Of a DNA stretch of 64,000 nucleotides, positions 1 to 12,429 are shown piece after piece. The notes beneath the pieces are model-generated. The model saw only the letters and a program-made list of their open reading frames with translations. It did not search any database and was not told the DNA's origin. The stretch is from Felis catus. Its lineage: Eukaryota. The stretch covers positions 49,911,815 to 49,975,814 of the forward strand of contig NC_058368.1 of NCBI RefSeq assembly GCF_018350175.1. The letters run 5' to 3'. Made by a program: the position numbers and the translations under genes. Each line of letters starts with the position of its first letter. The first letter of the stretch is position 1.

Positions 1-39
1 CATCTCCAGTCACACCCCAGACACCACTCTCCTCCCCAG

Positions 40-1800
40 ACGCGCGCAGCTCGCTGCGTCCTCCTGTGGCGCGCACTCTCCACCATCCCAGGGACCACTC
101 TCCGCCTCCTCCCCTCTCCCCTGCTCCTGCAAGGGTTTCATTCCCGCCGTCCAGCCGGCCCGCTAGCCCCGCACCCAAGCTCCCGACTCCTGGTCCTTGG
201 GGCAGGAGGAGTGGACGCTGGAGCGTGCCACGTGGAAGGCGCGCGCCAGGAGCCCTGACCACAGGTCCTTCCCGAGGGGTCCCAAAGCCTCCAGCCCTGC
301 TCCTCCACCCCGGGTGTGCCAGACCCGCCCCCGCGCCTCCAGACGCAGTCTTGCCTGGTTGGGGTCTGTAGCGCGGAAAACGTGGCAGGCCATCTGCGAC
401 TCGGGGTCGTCTGGCTGCGCCTTGATCAGGTAGGCAAAGTAGGTGAGATCGTGGCTGTTGTGAATGAAGCGCGAGACATGCTGTGCCTTGTGCTCGAAGA
501 TGAACACGGCCGGGTTGGGCTGCGCGGCCGCGGGGCCGACGCCCCCCGCGGCCCCGGCGCCGGGTGCGGGGACACAGCGCAGGAAGGGCGCGCTGAGCAC
601 CAGAAGCACCTCGCGGGCGGCCGGCGCCCCGCAGCCGCCCGCGTCGGGCTTCTGGCTGCGCCGCCGGATCTCGGCCATGAGCCAGGGCAGCATGGGCAGC
701 GTGGTCCTGTGGTCCAGGCACGACCCCCCCACGTACCACAGACGGAACCGCTTGTCGCCCGGCTTCCCGGGGCCCGGCTGCGCAGGGGCGCCCGGCTCAG
801 GCTCCAGGGGGTGCGGGAACGGCTCATCCTGAACGCAGCTGGGGGGCTCCATAACTCGCGCCTCTGGAAGGCACCGAGGCGGCCGGGTAGGCGCGCCGCG
901 CCCCCAACTCTCGCGCCGAAGGCGCCGCCGAAACTGTGCCAACTGCCGCACCGGCGCCCGCGCCCGCGCCCGCTTTTGGCACGGCGAGACACCGAACTCC
1001 GCGCTTCAGCGGCCCTGCCCCATGCGGCACTTCCCCGGGCGAGGCTCGGAGACTCGGGCGGCGGGCACGGCGGGAGCGCCCCGCGGCCGGACTGGCAGGA
1101 GAGGGCGGGTTAAATCGTCATCCTCCTTCCTCGGGCTAGCGCCGAGGGGCCGAACTTCCCCCTTCCTCCGCCGAGGGCCCCGCTCTGCCGCCGGCCGCCG
1201 CCTGCTCCAGCGCTGCAGAGCCGCTGCGGCCGCCGCGCTCGCCTCGGGCAGGCGGAGGGAGGCTGGCTGGGCGGGGAATGGGCTCTGGGCGGGCGGGGTG
1301 ACTTGGGGCGGAGCTGACTCCTACCAGGGTGACCGGCTGTCACCTGGAAGGTCGGGGCCGCCGGGCTTCGGAGCGATCAGCCGTGCCTCAGGAAGGGCGT
1401 GCGAGAACTGTTCACTGGAAAATAACCAGACCCAAACGTGGCCACGCTGGGCCGCTCCCCCAGCCGTCGCCGCGGCCCAGCTCGCTGCTCCTCCTCCCGG
1501 CTGCTCCCGTCCCTCCCTCGCTCCTTCCTTCCTTCCAGGCTGCTACTTTAACCGAGCTGCTACCCCGCCTCCCGTCCAGCGGGCGGAGAGAGCCTGGCCC
1601 CTAAAAGCTTTTCGGTGAAGTCACCTCTCCGCCTCTTCCTCCGGCCCCTGTGCCAGCCCGCCCTTCCAATCCGCCCCTGGGGCAGCGACCCCGCTGCAGG
1701 CCCGGCCACTGCCGGGATCGACTCGCCCTCTCCTTGGTCCCCGACGTCTCGGTCCTCCCGCGCGTCTCTGCTGCCCCCTGGAGAGGGGGCCCCCTCTCAA
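40..1800. promoter_or_regulatory. CpG island / promoter and 5' UTR of TBC1D4
   Basis: Very GC- and CpG-rich with several GC boxes (GGGCGG); abrupt switch to AT-rich sequence after ~1810. Confidence 0.9.
355..852 (-). CDS. TBC1D4: TBC1 domain family member 4 (AS160), coding exon 1 (N-terminus and first PTB domain); rest of gene lies left of the window
   Basis: ATG at 852 (gttATGG) gives [21 protein letters not shown]...[31 protein letters not shown]...[13 protein letters not shown], 166 codons matching the TBC1D4 N-terminus; similarity ends at CAG|GCAAGA. Confidence 0.96.
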
Positions 1801-4364
1801 GAGGGCGTTGGGATTTCTGGTTTTTTGAACAGCATTTATTTGCGTGGCTTCAATTCCTTCTGAAGCCTGCGTAATAAGTTCTGAATCTTATTCCAAACAA
1901 CATCCAAAAGAATCCTATTTTATTCATTCTACATACCCAGCTCAGAGGTGTAGAGATTTCTCACTCTTTTATGTGCAGTAATCTGTAGTTCCACGGAACT
2001 CGAAAGACATTTAAGGGATAATTTGATCATTCTAACTTTAAACCAGAAAGAAAAATATTTTTTTCATTTGAGCAAATTAGATTCTCGTTCTTTTTACTCT
2101 TACTGAATTGTAATGAATTCGATAAGAGGTAAACAAAATAAAAGGGAAAGACTCTGAAAGTTCCCACCTCTCTCCAAAGTACTTACAGGAAGAATGAAAA
2201 TCCAAACCCAAAGGTTTCTCAGTGTTTTCAGTTTAATGATATTCTCACTTTCTGTAAAGCCTTGAAACTATTTTTTATCCATTTTATGTAAAATGGCTAT
2301 GGTCAATTGTCACTTTTCCTGTGTTCAATTTCTGGGTACATCCTGGTGATTTTATTGGAAATAAACATCCGAGCTCCAAGATGGAGACCTTATTAATTGT
2401 TTAGGTTTAGTCATTTGATTTAACCACTCTACCACTTTGTGCAAAATAGACCCATGTCCTCAAGAAGCAGTGAAAAGTTCTTGGAATGTAGATTGAAACC
2501 TTCTAGAACCTTACCAGTAACTCTCTTATTCAGATCCCATTTTCCTAGGCTACATATGTGGGATCCATAAAAGAGAGGGAAAAAAAAACAAAGATCTGGG
2601 GAGAGCATCGTTCCACCAAGTCAAACAGCTTGGGAGCTGGGATTGAGTTCGAAGTCCCAGCAGACCATTTCCTACTGGTCAAAGAAAGTGAAGCAATAAA
2701 CTTGCACTCATTGATAGAAAAACAGAAGAATTGTCTTTTATCATTGCCTCCTGCTCTGAAAGCCTTTAGCCTTTTCTTTGTAACTTTTTTGTCATGCTTG
2801 TCTTAGTATGCATTGAGTATTATTACTGCTTACCAATATCTGATCCTCTCTGCATACCGATACAAGAGAAGGCAGCTCTTCTCTGCCCCTTAAAGTTGGG
2901 CACGGTCTTAAGACTTGTTTTGGCAGTGATGACTTGGGCTGCATCTTAAGCAGAAGGATTTAATTGCCAGTAGTCTCCACTCCAGCCCCCTTTCAGCTCC
3001 AGGGATCATGGAAACATGTGCATATGGAGGCTGCTTGTAATCAATGCAGCCCAGAATGCTGAGCCAGCACAAAGAGGAGAGCTGTCCTGCAAGAAAAATA
3101 TCTCCTGAATAGTCTTATAGGCATCACCACCTATGACATCCACCTTCCATCCAACCCAACATCTACTTTTTCCCCTACTCACACATCCAGACACCAGACA
3201 TCACCTCCATCCCCAACCGCATACCGGGCTCACTCTCCATGGGGCTTCACAGGTGCCTTCCTCTCCCTATTGCTCTTCCTGTCGCTCCACAGCTTGAACT
3301 TCCCTCATCCTTCGCTACTTGAGTGTCCATTCATTAAGGCGCAACTCAAAAGTCACTCTTCTGTGAAGATGTTTCTCACCCATCCAGAGTTAGCAGGCCT
3401 CTCTTTGCTCTTTTTTAATGCATTCCTCTATTATAGCTCTTAACGCATTCTTCGTAATTCTCAAGTGATTTGTCTGTGTCCCCCACCACAAAGAGGGCAT
3501 CTTGAGAGGGATTATTTTTTTGGCCCATATTTTCCTCCAGCAAGGTAGCCGACATGTAATAGGTTCTTAATAAATGTTGAATGAATGAACGAATGAATAG
3601 CAAATTAGAATTTAAGAACCCGAAGATTCAAATGAGAGTTTTAATATCATAGAGGTGATGTACCAAGTGATTTAGTTAGCTAATTTCATAAACATACTAA
3701 ATGTATCTACCAGCTAATTATCAAGTACTAGAAAATAATAGGATGCCTCCCAACAGTTGTAATGGAGCTCCGAATGGAGTGGCAAATAGAGCGCAAGCAT
3801 TCGTGACTGAATAAAATTTTGAGATAATAACAGGGTTTTCCCTCTATTGTTCCTTTGTTCCCTGTGACCTTCCCTCAGCCCAGGCAGCCAGGGCACTGCA
3901 TCTCCTCTGCTCCAGTGGAAGGATGACACAGCAGAATACAGATAACAAAAGAGTCCGTTCTTAGCCTTCAGGTTTCAAAAACTAAAGACTTGGCAAAGGC
4001 AAAAGATTTAGAGTATGGGCTCAGAGTCAGTTTCCCTTGCTCTAGATACTTAGAAAAGTTTCCCCAAACTTGGAAGATGGAGATGAAGAAGGAATAAATA
4101 AGAGGTAACTACTAGGAAACCAAAATACAATGTATGACTTTCAAACCAGTAGAATATTTATCCATTTGGTGGAAAAAGGAAGAGAATGAAAAGAAAAAAA
4201 CAACAACAATGAAACAAAAATAAAGTGTGATAAGTAGAAAACTGAAAACAGTATGGCTGCAGTAACTCCAAATAGCAACTATAATGTAAATTAGTTCACC
4301 TAACCCACAAAAAGGTAACAACGTAAAGTTATCCAGGAATCTGTTGTTTACAGAATCAGTTTTA

Positions 4365-4557
4365 CTTATTTTTGTTTATTTATTTATTTTGAGAGAGAGA
4401 GCGAGGGGAGAGGCGAGAAAGGGAGAGAGAATCCCAAGCAGGCTCCACACTGTCAGCCTAGAGCCCTACCTGGGCTCAAATTCAGGAACCATGAGATCAT
4501 GACCTGAGCTGAAATCAAGAGTTAGAGGCTTAACTGACCGAGCCACCCAGGCACCCC
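4365..4557 (-). mobile_element. CAN-SINE
   Basis: tRNA-like head, CT-rich tract and A-rich tail on the minus strand; degenerate TSD acagaatcagtttt/acaaaatcactttt. Confidence 0.9.
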
Positions 4558-4572
4558 TACAAAATCACTTTT

Positions 4573-5246
4573 ATCTGTTTTAAAGGATATTTTTTATTTT
4601 ATTTGTTTATTTATTTATAAACGTTCTTTGAATTTTTTTTTTTTTAATTTACATCCAAATTAGGTAGCATATAGTGCAACAGTGATTTCAGGAGTAGATT
4701 CCTTAGTCCCCTTACCCATTTAGTCCATCCCCCCTCCCACCACCTCCATAACCCTCAGTTTGTTCTCCATATTTATGAGTCTCTTCTGTTTTGTCCCCCT
4801 CCCTGTTTTTATACTATTTTTGTTTCCCTTCCCTTATGTTCATCTGTTTTGTCTCTTAAAGTCCTCATATGAGTGAAGTCATATGATTTTTGTCTTTCTC
4901 TGACTAATTTCACTTAGCATAATACCCTCCAGTTCCATCCATGTAGTTGCAAATGGCAAGATTTCATTCTTTTTGATTGCCGAGTAATACTCAATTGTAT
5001 ATATATACCACATCTTCTTTATCCATTCATCCATCGATGGACATTTGGGCTCTTTCCATACTTTGGCTGGTGTTGATAGTGCTGCCATAAACATGGGGGT
5101 GCATGTGTCCCTTCGAAACACCACACCTGTATCCCTTGGATAAATGCCTAGTAGTGCAATTGCTGGGTCACAGGGTAGTTTTATTTTTAGTTTTTTGAGG
5201 AACCTCCATACTGTTTTCCAGAGTGGCCGCACCAGCTTGCATTCCC
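4573..5246 (-). mobile_element. 5'-truncated young L1 (ORF2 C-terminus, 3' UTR, tail)
   Basis: Open frame [21 protein letters not shown]...WIKKMWYIYTIEYYSAIKKNEILPFATTWMELEGIMLSEISQ; T-run at 4633-4645; TSD acaaaatcact. Confidence 0.93.
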
Positions 5247-5278
5247 ACAAAATCACTCTTAAAACGCAATCATACAGA

Positions 5279-5455
5279 GGGGCACCTGGGGGACTCAGTT
5301 GATTAAGCATGGGATTCTTGATTATGGCTCAGGTTGTGATCTGAAGGATCAAGCCCCTCTACGGGACTCTGTGCTGACTGCTGGGAGTCTGCTTGCTTTT
5401 CTCTCCCCTTTTCTTTCTCTCTCTCAAAATAAATAATAAATAAACATTAAAAATA
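5279..5455 (+). mobile_element. CAN-SINE (older, internally deleted)
   Basis: gggcacctgg...ctcagtt head, CT tract, aataaa tail. Confidence 0.8.
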
Positions 5456-5479
5456 ATTAACAATCATATAGAAACAGCG

Positions 5480-6380
5480 CAATAAACAAATAGAAGAAAG
5501 TATATCAGGCATAGATAAGTGAAAATAAAGCCAGGGTAGTGGTTTCAATATCAAATTAAATAGAAAGTAAACTAATGAAGGGGGTCACAAAGAAAATTTT
5601 GCCAGTGAAAGTACTAAGAAGATACTATTTTTTAACACATAGACACTAAGGAAATTGATTCCAAATACATAAAACAAATAAAAGACTGACAGGAAACATA
5701 AATACATCAACACTTTTAGTTGATGACTTTAACAAATCATTCTCAGATACAGTAAAATTAAATAAACTAATAATAATCAAATTTATAAGTTTGATGAGTA
5801 GAGAATGCAAAATTTTTATAGAGTACCTGTGAAAGAAACAAAAATTGGCAGTGCATCGTGTCACACAAGAAACCCATAAATTCCAAAGAATTGCAATCAT
5901 ATAGATCATGTTTTCTGACTATTATTCAAGGCAAATCAAAAACAAAAACATAGGTTTTAAAAATCATTATGTCTGAAGAGTAAAAACATAATGTTGGATA
6001 ATCCTGATCAAAAAGAAAATTATGAAAGAAAATTCTATTATATGGAATTAAGTGATAAAATGATTTTATGCCAAAACTTGTCAAATACAGGTAAATGTAT
6101 TGATTAACACAATAAATAATAATAATAAATAAATAATAAATATTAATAAATAAATAAGTAAAAATAAAACTAAAATAATAAATAATAATAAATAAAATAA
6201 ATAATAATAAAACTAAAATTTAAAAAAAAGAATGAATGAAAGTAAATTAACTAAAAATTCAACTTAAAAAAGTAGAAAAACTGTCATGGGGAAGCCCAAA
6301 GAAATAATTAGAGATAATAGAGATCAATTTAGATATTAGGAAAATAAAAAATGGGAAAATAATAGAAATTGATAGCAAAT
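5480..6380 (+). mobile_element. Old degraded L1 ORF2 endonuclease region containing an AT-rich low-complexity tract (~6110-6230)
   Basis: A-rich strand with remnants such as gatcatgttttctgactat and caaaacttgtcaaatacag. Confidence 0.5.
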
Positions 6381-6446
6381 AACAATCTCTTCATGTCTAT
6401 GAATCATCTGTATTTCTCCTTGAAGTATTTGGTGCTCATATCTTTG

Positions 6447-6465
6447 CATTTTTTTTCTTAATGTT

Positions 6466-6504
<39 letters not shown>

Positions 6505-6654
6505 TTGAGAGGGAGAGAGACAGAGAATCCAAAGCAGACTCCACACTGTGAGCACAGAGCCCAATGTGGGGCTCGAACTCACAAAAGAACCCGCAAACCA
6601 TGAGATCATGTCCTGAAGTTGAACACTTAACCAACTGAGCCACCCTGGCACCCC
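6447..6654 (-). mobile_element. CAN-SINE
   Basis: (TTTA)n tail, gagaga tract, gagccaccctggcacccc end. Confidence 0.88.
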
Positions 6655-7368
6655 GCCCACCACTTTTGGTTAAGTCTGGGTCAAATTACAAAATTATCCT
6701 GTATGTGGGCATTAAGGATAATAACATTTTGTCCAAAATATATTTCGTATGTTTTTCCCAGTTTATCATTTATCTCTTTTGAACATAACAAAAAGAAAGA
6801 ATACAGATTTTTTTTGTTTCAAACATTCATGGAATATTCAAAGACATTAACCACACCTTACCTTTTGACATTAAGATGTCTTGACAAAAATGTAGGTAAT
6901 TATTCATTTACGTCAGCCCACACCTCAAATACAGGCATTACTTATTAGCACTCTTGACAGATAAATGAGTGGTAAGAATAGAAAAGTGCCATTTTTTTTA
7001 AGTTAGGAAACTGAAGCACAAGCTAAGTAGGTAATGAGAGTAATGTGGTAGAATACGAATGGAACGCATGGCGACTGATGGCCAATCAAATGCACAGTCC
7101 TTTTGCACACAGAAGGTGATCAATAAATGTCTAGTGGATGAATGGATTTACAGCTCTCTCAAATACTAAAGAACAGAATCAGTTAGTTCCAGAAGTTAAA
7201 TTTTTACAACGGAAACAGATTTTTCTTCTACCATAAGGCTGGGATAATTTTACAATAGCTATTTTTGTCTTACTGTGTAATTCAGAAGTGCCTCAAGTGG
7301 TCTGAAAAATTCTGTTGTCATAAAACCTGCTTGAGGGGTAAAAGGAAACAGTTAAAAAGAACATTTAT

Positions 7369-7535
7369 TGGGGCACCTGGGTGGCTCAGTCAGTTGAGCG
7401 TCCAACTTTGGTTCAGGTCATGATCTTGCAGTTTGTGAGTTGAAGCCCCTTGTCGGGCTCTGTGCTGACAACTCAGAACCTAGAGCCTGCTTCACATTCT
7501 GTGTCTCCCTCTCTCTCTACCCCTCCCCTACTCAT

Positions 7536-7584
<49 letters not shown>

Positions 7585-7610
7585 AATAAATAAACATTTA
7601 AAAAAATTTT
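7369..7610 (+). mobile_element. CAN-SINE
   Basis: Full head and (CT)n; TSD taaaaagaacatttatt on both sides. Confidence 0.93.
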
Positions 7611-8004
7611 TAAAAAGAACATTTATTTAGTGCATGCTTTCAGGTCAGCTTCACCTCAACCAAGGGTATGAAATCAACCACAGGTTTTGAAGTACTATAT
7701 ATTTGAGTGACGATATTAGTATAGTGAGATTAAACATTTTCCCCACTAGACACTCCTTTATCACTGAATGAAATTTCACATTTATGCTCTTCAGAATTAT
7801 GTAGGTGTACATTGATTTAATTGACTATTTCCTCTTGGACTTTGTGAATTTTTTTTGCAACCAAAAGCATATTAATACTGAAAAAAACTGTCCACCTGTA
7901 AAAATCTTCTTGTTTAATTACTATTTCTAATGGTCTCTAACAAGATTAAAAAGAAATCTATTTTAAGTCTGTCATAAATGAACTAGTTCGTATTTTCCTT
8001 GCAG

Positions 8005-8199
8005 ATTTTACTTTTTAATGTTTATTTATTTTGAGAGAGATAGAGACAGCATAAGTAGAGGAGGGGCAGAGAGAGAGGGAAAGAGAGAATCCCAAGCACA
8101 GAGCCTGATGTGGGGCTCGAACCCACAAACTGTGAGATCATGACCTGAGCCAAAACCAAGACTCAGACGCTTAACTGACTGAGCCACCCAGGTGTCCCC
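8005..8199 (-). mobile_element. CAN-SINE
   Basis: SINE body; TSD tttccttgc(a/t)gatttt. Confidence 0.9.
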
Positions 8200-8545
8200 A
8201 TTTCCTTGCTGATTTTAAAATGGATCATTCAAGCTTCTAATACAATAGAGATTAACATGAACAAAGATATAAGTAGTATTTTTAAAACCTATAATTCTTT
8301 GGAATAGGCAATATATGTAGATGGTAGAAAATTCAAAAGTTACAAGAAATATAAATACAGCTAAATACAAGCTTACCTTCCACTCCTTTGCCCAGCAACC
8401 CATTTTCTTTCTGGAAGCAGCCATTTTTACAGGTTACTATGCATGGATCTGAAAATGAGATAATAATAATGGCCCCCATTTGTTGAATACTTACCTACTC
8501 TGCATGAAGGATTTTCACAACAATCATCTAGGATAAGCAGTACTA

Positions 8546-8747
8546 TTTTTTTTTTCCTTTTTTACTAAGGAGATGTATGCCATTTTTGATGTAGCCTCTT
8601 CTCTATGATTGGCTGTGGAGAGTCTATTCTGCCAGTCTTTGGGTCATTTTCTGGGCTATTTACACTGATACGGATGTTGTCTAAGTGTATCTGTGGAATG
8701 AGGTGATCTTAAAACCCTCCTCTTCTGCCATGTTATCTAGAAGCCCC
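8546..8747 (-). mobile_element. Short poly(A)-tailed retroposed L1 5'-end fragment inserted in a MIR
   Basis: Minus strand begins ggggcttctagataacatggcagaagaggagg (L1 5' UTR-like) and ends in an A-tail; TSD gataag(c/t)agtacta at 8532-8545 and 8749-8762. Confidence 0.7.
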
Positions 8748-8931
8748 AGATAAGTAGTACTACTATTCTCATTTTATAGGTGAGAAAATAGTCATACAGG
8801 CATTAAGAATCATTTTAAGGGTCACACTTTGTATGTAGGATTTGGTTCAAACAAGGGCCACTGCACATATTTGTACAGATTGTATCAAATAGGTAGTATA
8901 ATAAAGACAACAGTTAAGAAGAAACTAGCTG

Positions 8932-9105
8932 ACAGGTCGTGATCTCATGGGTTGTGAGTTCGAGCCCTGCATCAGGCTCTGCACTGACAGCACGGAGCCT
9001 GCTTGGATTCTCTCTCTCTCCCTCTCTCTCTGCCCCTCCTTCTCTCTCTGTCTCTCTCTCTTTCTCTCAAAAATAAATACATAAATAAACATTAAAAAAA
9101 GAAAA
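8932..9105 (+). mobile_element. 5'-truncated CAN-SINE
   Basis: TSD aagaagaaa(c/g)tagctga. Confidence 0.88.
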
Positions 9106-9844
9106 GAAGAAAGTAGCTGAACTAGAGTAACAGTTTCTATGCTAATAGAGATTTGATAAAACTTACAATGATGCCCTAAAAGCCTCTTTAGCTATTAAGA
9201 GTTACTTTTTTACTTATAGGTGATATTTATTGGATACCTACTGTGGTCCAGGCATTGGAAACATACTTGCCAGCTCCATGGTGTTTGTCCAGTGAAGGTT
9301 GCAGATGAGCGAAATGGGGCCATGGGAGGATGCCATAACAAAACTCTAAAATATGTGACTTTGATTCCAGGACCAGGTGGCACATAGGAAGGAAACTGTT
9401 AGTGGAGGTTGGAAAAATACCAAAATAATTATTTCTGGAGACTGGAGAAATGGTGAGAAAACTGTTATAGAAGCTTAAAAAATAGTGACTCATGTTATGT
9501 AGCAGGCATTCCCTGCTGTAACTTGAAAGATAGTGTCTTGATGGACTTTGGGGTCTGAGCAGAGATTTCTAAGCAGAAAACTGAGAGTATCAGCCAGTTT
9601 ATACTAGCTGAAGTATAAGGAGCTTCAAGAAAAAAATGGACTTAGAAAAGAACTGGCCAATTTGTAAGCAGAATCTAGAGATTCAGAGAGGCTAGAACCT
9701 GCCAGTCTGGAATATAAATTATCTCTTATTTACAGCTTCTCAAGCAAGTAAGATTCTCAAATTAAGACACAGCCCAAGGATAAAGGTCAAATCAAAAGTA
9801 TGGATGTAAGACACTTTTTAAAGGCTTCTAAGGAATTAAAAAAA

Positions 9845-10050
9845 AATTTTTTTTGAATGTTTACTCATTTTTTGAGAGAGTGAGCCTGAGTCGGGGAGGG
9901 GCAGAGAGAGAGGGAGACACCAAATCTGAAGCAGGCTCCAGGCTCTGAGCTGTCAGCACAGAGCCTCATGTGGGGCTTGAACTCACAAACCGTGAGATCA
10001 TGAGCTGGCTGAAGTGGGGCGCTTAACCAGCTGAGCCACTCAGGTGCCCC
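9845..10050 (-). mobile_element. CAN-SINE within old MaLR-internal-like sequence (~9200-10440)
   Basis: TSD aaggcttcta(a/g)ggaatt. Confidence 0.88.
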
Positions 10051-11313
10051 AAGGCTTCTAGGGAATTTAAATTGGTACTTTATCAGCTAAACAAAACGGT
10101 TTCTTGAAAGCTTAAAGATGTAGTCCCACAGAAGCCTGATCCCAAAGTAGCAGTAAATCAGTCTAAAAGGAGAAAACTGTCTTGAAAACAACTGTGGCTT
10201 TGGCTTCTAAAGCATGGAGTGGGATTTGATCTGATATATAGAAAGCCCCCAAAGTTCTTTAGGGAATTGTATTAGCAAAAGTATTGCCAGCCTAGACTCA
10301 TAGAGACCATGACTATTCAGATTGTAAAGAGGTTTCTGGGCCCCTAACTTTACACAGACAGGAACAGCAGGAAAGTTGTTCAAAGGGCATTTGGGGGGAT
10401 GCAATGGAATTGGGCATTTGGATTTTAAGTAACTGTGGGATTTCAGAGCAGAGAAATCAGAGGATATTCGAGCAGAGAAATCATACAGTTCTGAACCCTG
10501 AGAGACAGATCTGGGCTACATATATAAATTTGAGAGTCATTAGCACATAGCAAAAATACAAAAGTACAAATCCAAGCTTTCAGCCTTGGTTGAAGTATAG
10601 GTGAAATCTTGGGACCCCATATCACATTATTCAATGAGAATCCTAATAGAAGCAGAAAATGGCTGACACAAGTGAGAATGCATGGCACTGGTTTAGTTAT
10701 ACAACACTATCCTATCAGGCAGGTGTTTGGAAAGAAAAAAAAATCACCCAAAGTGAGTTCAAATTAAGACGTGAATGAAAGGAGTAACAAAGGTGTGGGC
10801 AGATATGATGGAAAAAACAGAATATCAAGGCATGGAGAGACTTGCAACAATGGGAAACCATTATTACACCTAGAACCAAAAAGTCAATAGTAAAAAATGT
10901 CAATGGAACCTCACAGGAGGCACAGCCCAGAGGAGCCTTTAGTTGGGGAGCCACACAGCTACTGCTAGAGATATGACACTGAGCAGGGAAGGGGCAGAGG
11001 AGAAATACTCTGACCTTGCTGGCCTCCTGGTTTGCATCTCCTGCTGGTATACCTCCCATGGGACAAGCCCAAGGAGCACAGGTGATATAAAGGACAACAT
11101 TCCAGGGCATAAGGCAAAGAAGAGAAGGGCAATGTATCCAATACACAAATGCAGAATAATAAGCACAGGATTTAGGGTAAAGGTGAAGATTTAATAATAC
11201 TTATAAATCACATATCACCAACCCGCTAAGGATATGTAGCAGTAGCCAGGAGGGAAGGCAGCTATGTTCAATGTACATATACAGGTTCTGTCCCTTATAA
11301 ATATGAATTACTG

Positions 11314-11473
11314 AAGGCACCTGGGTGGCTCAGCCGGTTAGGTGTCAGACTTTGGCTTAGGTCATGATCTCATGGTCCATGAGTTCAAGCCTCATGTCAG
11401 GTGTGGACAGGTTGGAGCCTGGAGCCTACTTCAGATTCTATGTCTCCCTTTCTCTCTGCCCCTTCCCCGCTTG

Positions 11474-11518
<45 letters not shown>

Positions 11519-11545
11519 AAAAATGGATGAACATTAAAAAAATTT
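11314..11545 (+). mobile_element. CAN-SINE
   Basis: TSD aaatatgaat(t/c)actg; (CT)n tract. Confidence 0.9.
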
Positions 11546-12203
11546 AAATATGAATCACTGGACAGTTTGCTGAGAACAACAAAAAGAACCTTTTTTGTGT
11601 GATAGTCTACTTTTTCATTACAAAAGGATCATCATCATCTTCTTTGGAATGCAGCATTAACTCAAGACAATAAATACTGCAAAGTTTGTTTTTCATTTTG
11701 TTGTGATAATGTGTTAATGCACCACATCAATGTTGCCTGAAACTTCATTGTTGTAACAGTTGACTCCACACAGCTACGTTGTAAAATATCCCCAGCATTG
11801 TGATGACTAAGATACTACTATAAACCTAGTAACTTTCTTCTGTCACTCCACTGGTATTTAATTGGCATGAAATAGATTGTTCATCAGGGTTCGTTAACAG
11901 ATTTATTTTTTCCTTCCCCTTATAGAATTATTTAAACAAAACAGTCTTTGAGATTCCAGCAGCTTCATGTCAAGACAATGTCAAGTATCTTTCTTACTTG
12001 ACTTGGATGATAATTACAGTCTCAGGAGCTGATGACATCAACCATAGTGTGCTGACAAAGAGAAGGCAAGACTGCCGAGGAAACCCTGAGGAACATCAAC
12101 ACTTAAAGGAAATACAGACCAAAAAGCCTGGGAAGGATGCACCAGAGACATAGGGGGAATGTGGTATCAGGGACGCCCTGTTTAAGAAGTGGTCCACATA
12201 TTT

Positions 12204-12429
12204 ATTTTTTTTTTAATTTTTTTTTCAACGTTTATTTATTTTTGGGACAGAGAGAGACAGAGCATGAACGAGGGAGGGGCAGAGAGAGAGGGAGACACAG
12301 AATCGGAAACAGGCTCCAGGCTCCGAGCCATCAGCCCAGAGCCCGACGCGGGGCTCGAACTCACAGACCACGAGATGGTGACCTGGCTGAAGTCAGACGC
12401 TTAACCGACTGCACCACCCAGGCACCCCC
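12204..12429 (-). mobile_element. Young felid SINE (SINEC_Fc-type) inserted in an L2 remnant
   Basis: CpG-rich SINE; perfect 20-bp TSD agaagtggtccacatattta at 12185 and 12430. Confidence 0.95.

Noticed and set aside
66..1874. Many overlapping long ORFs on both strands, and the N- and C-terminal extensions of ORF 163-951
   Set aside because: Stop-codon scarcity in a CpG island; only 852-355 matches a known protein
6110..6230. AT-only tract as a regulatory element
   Set aside because: Degenerate (AAT/AAAT)n low-complexity expansion inside an old L1
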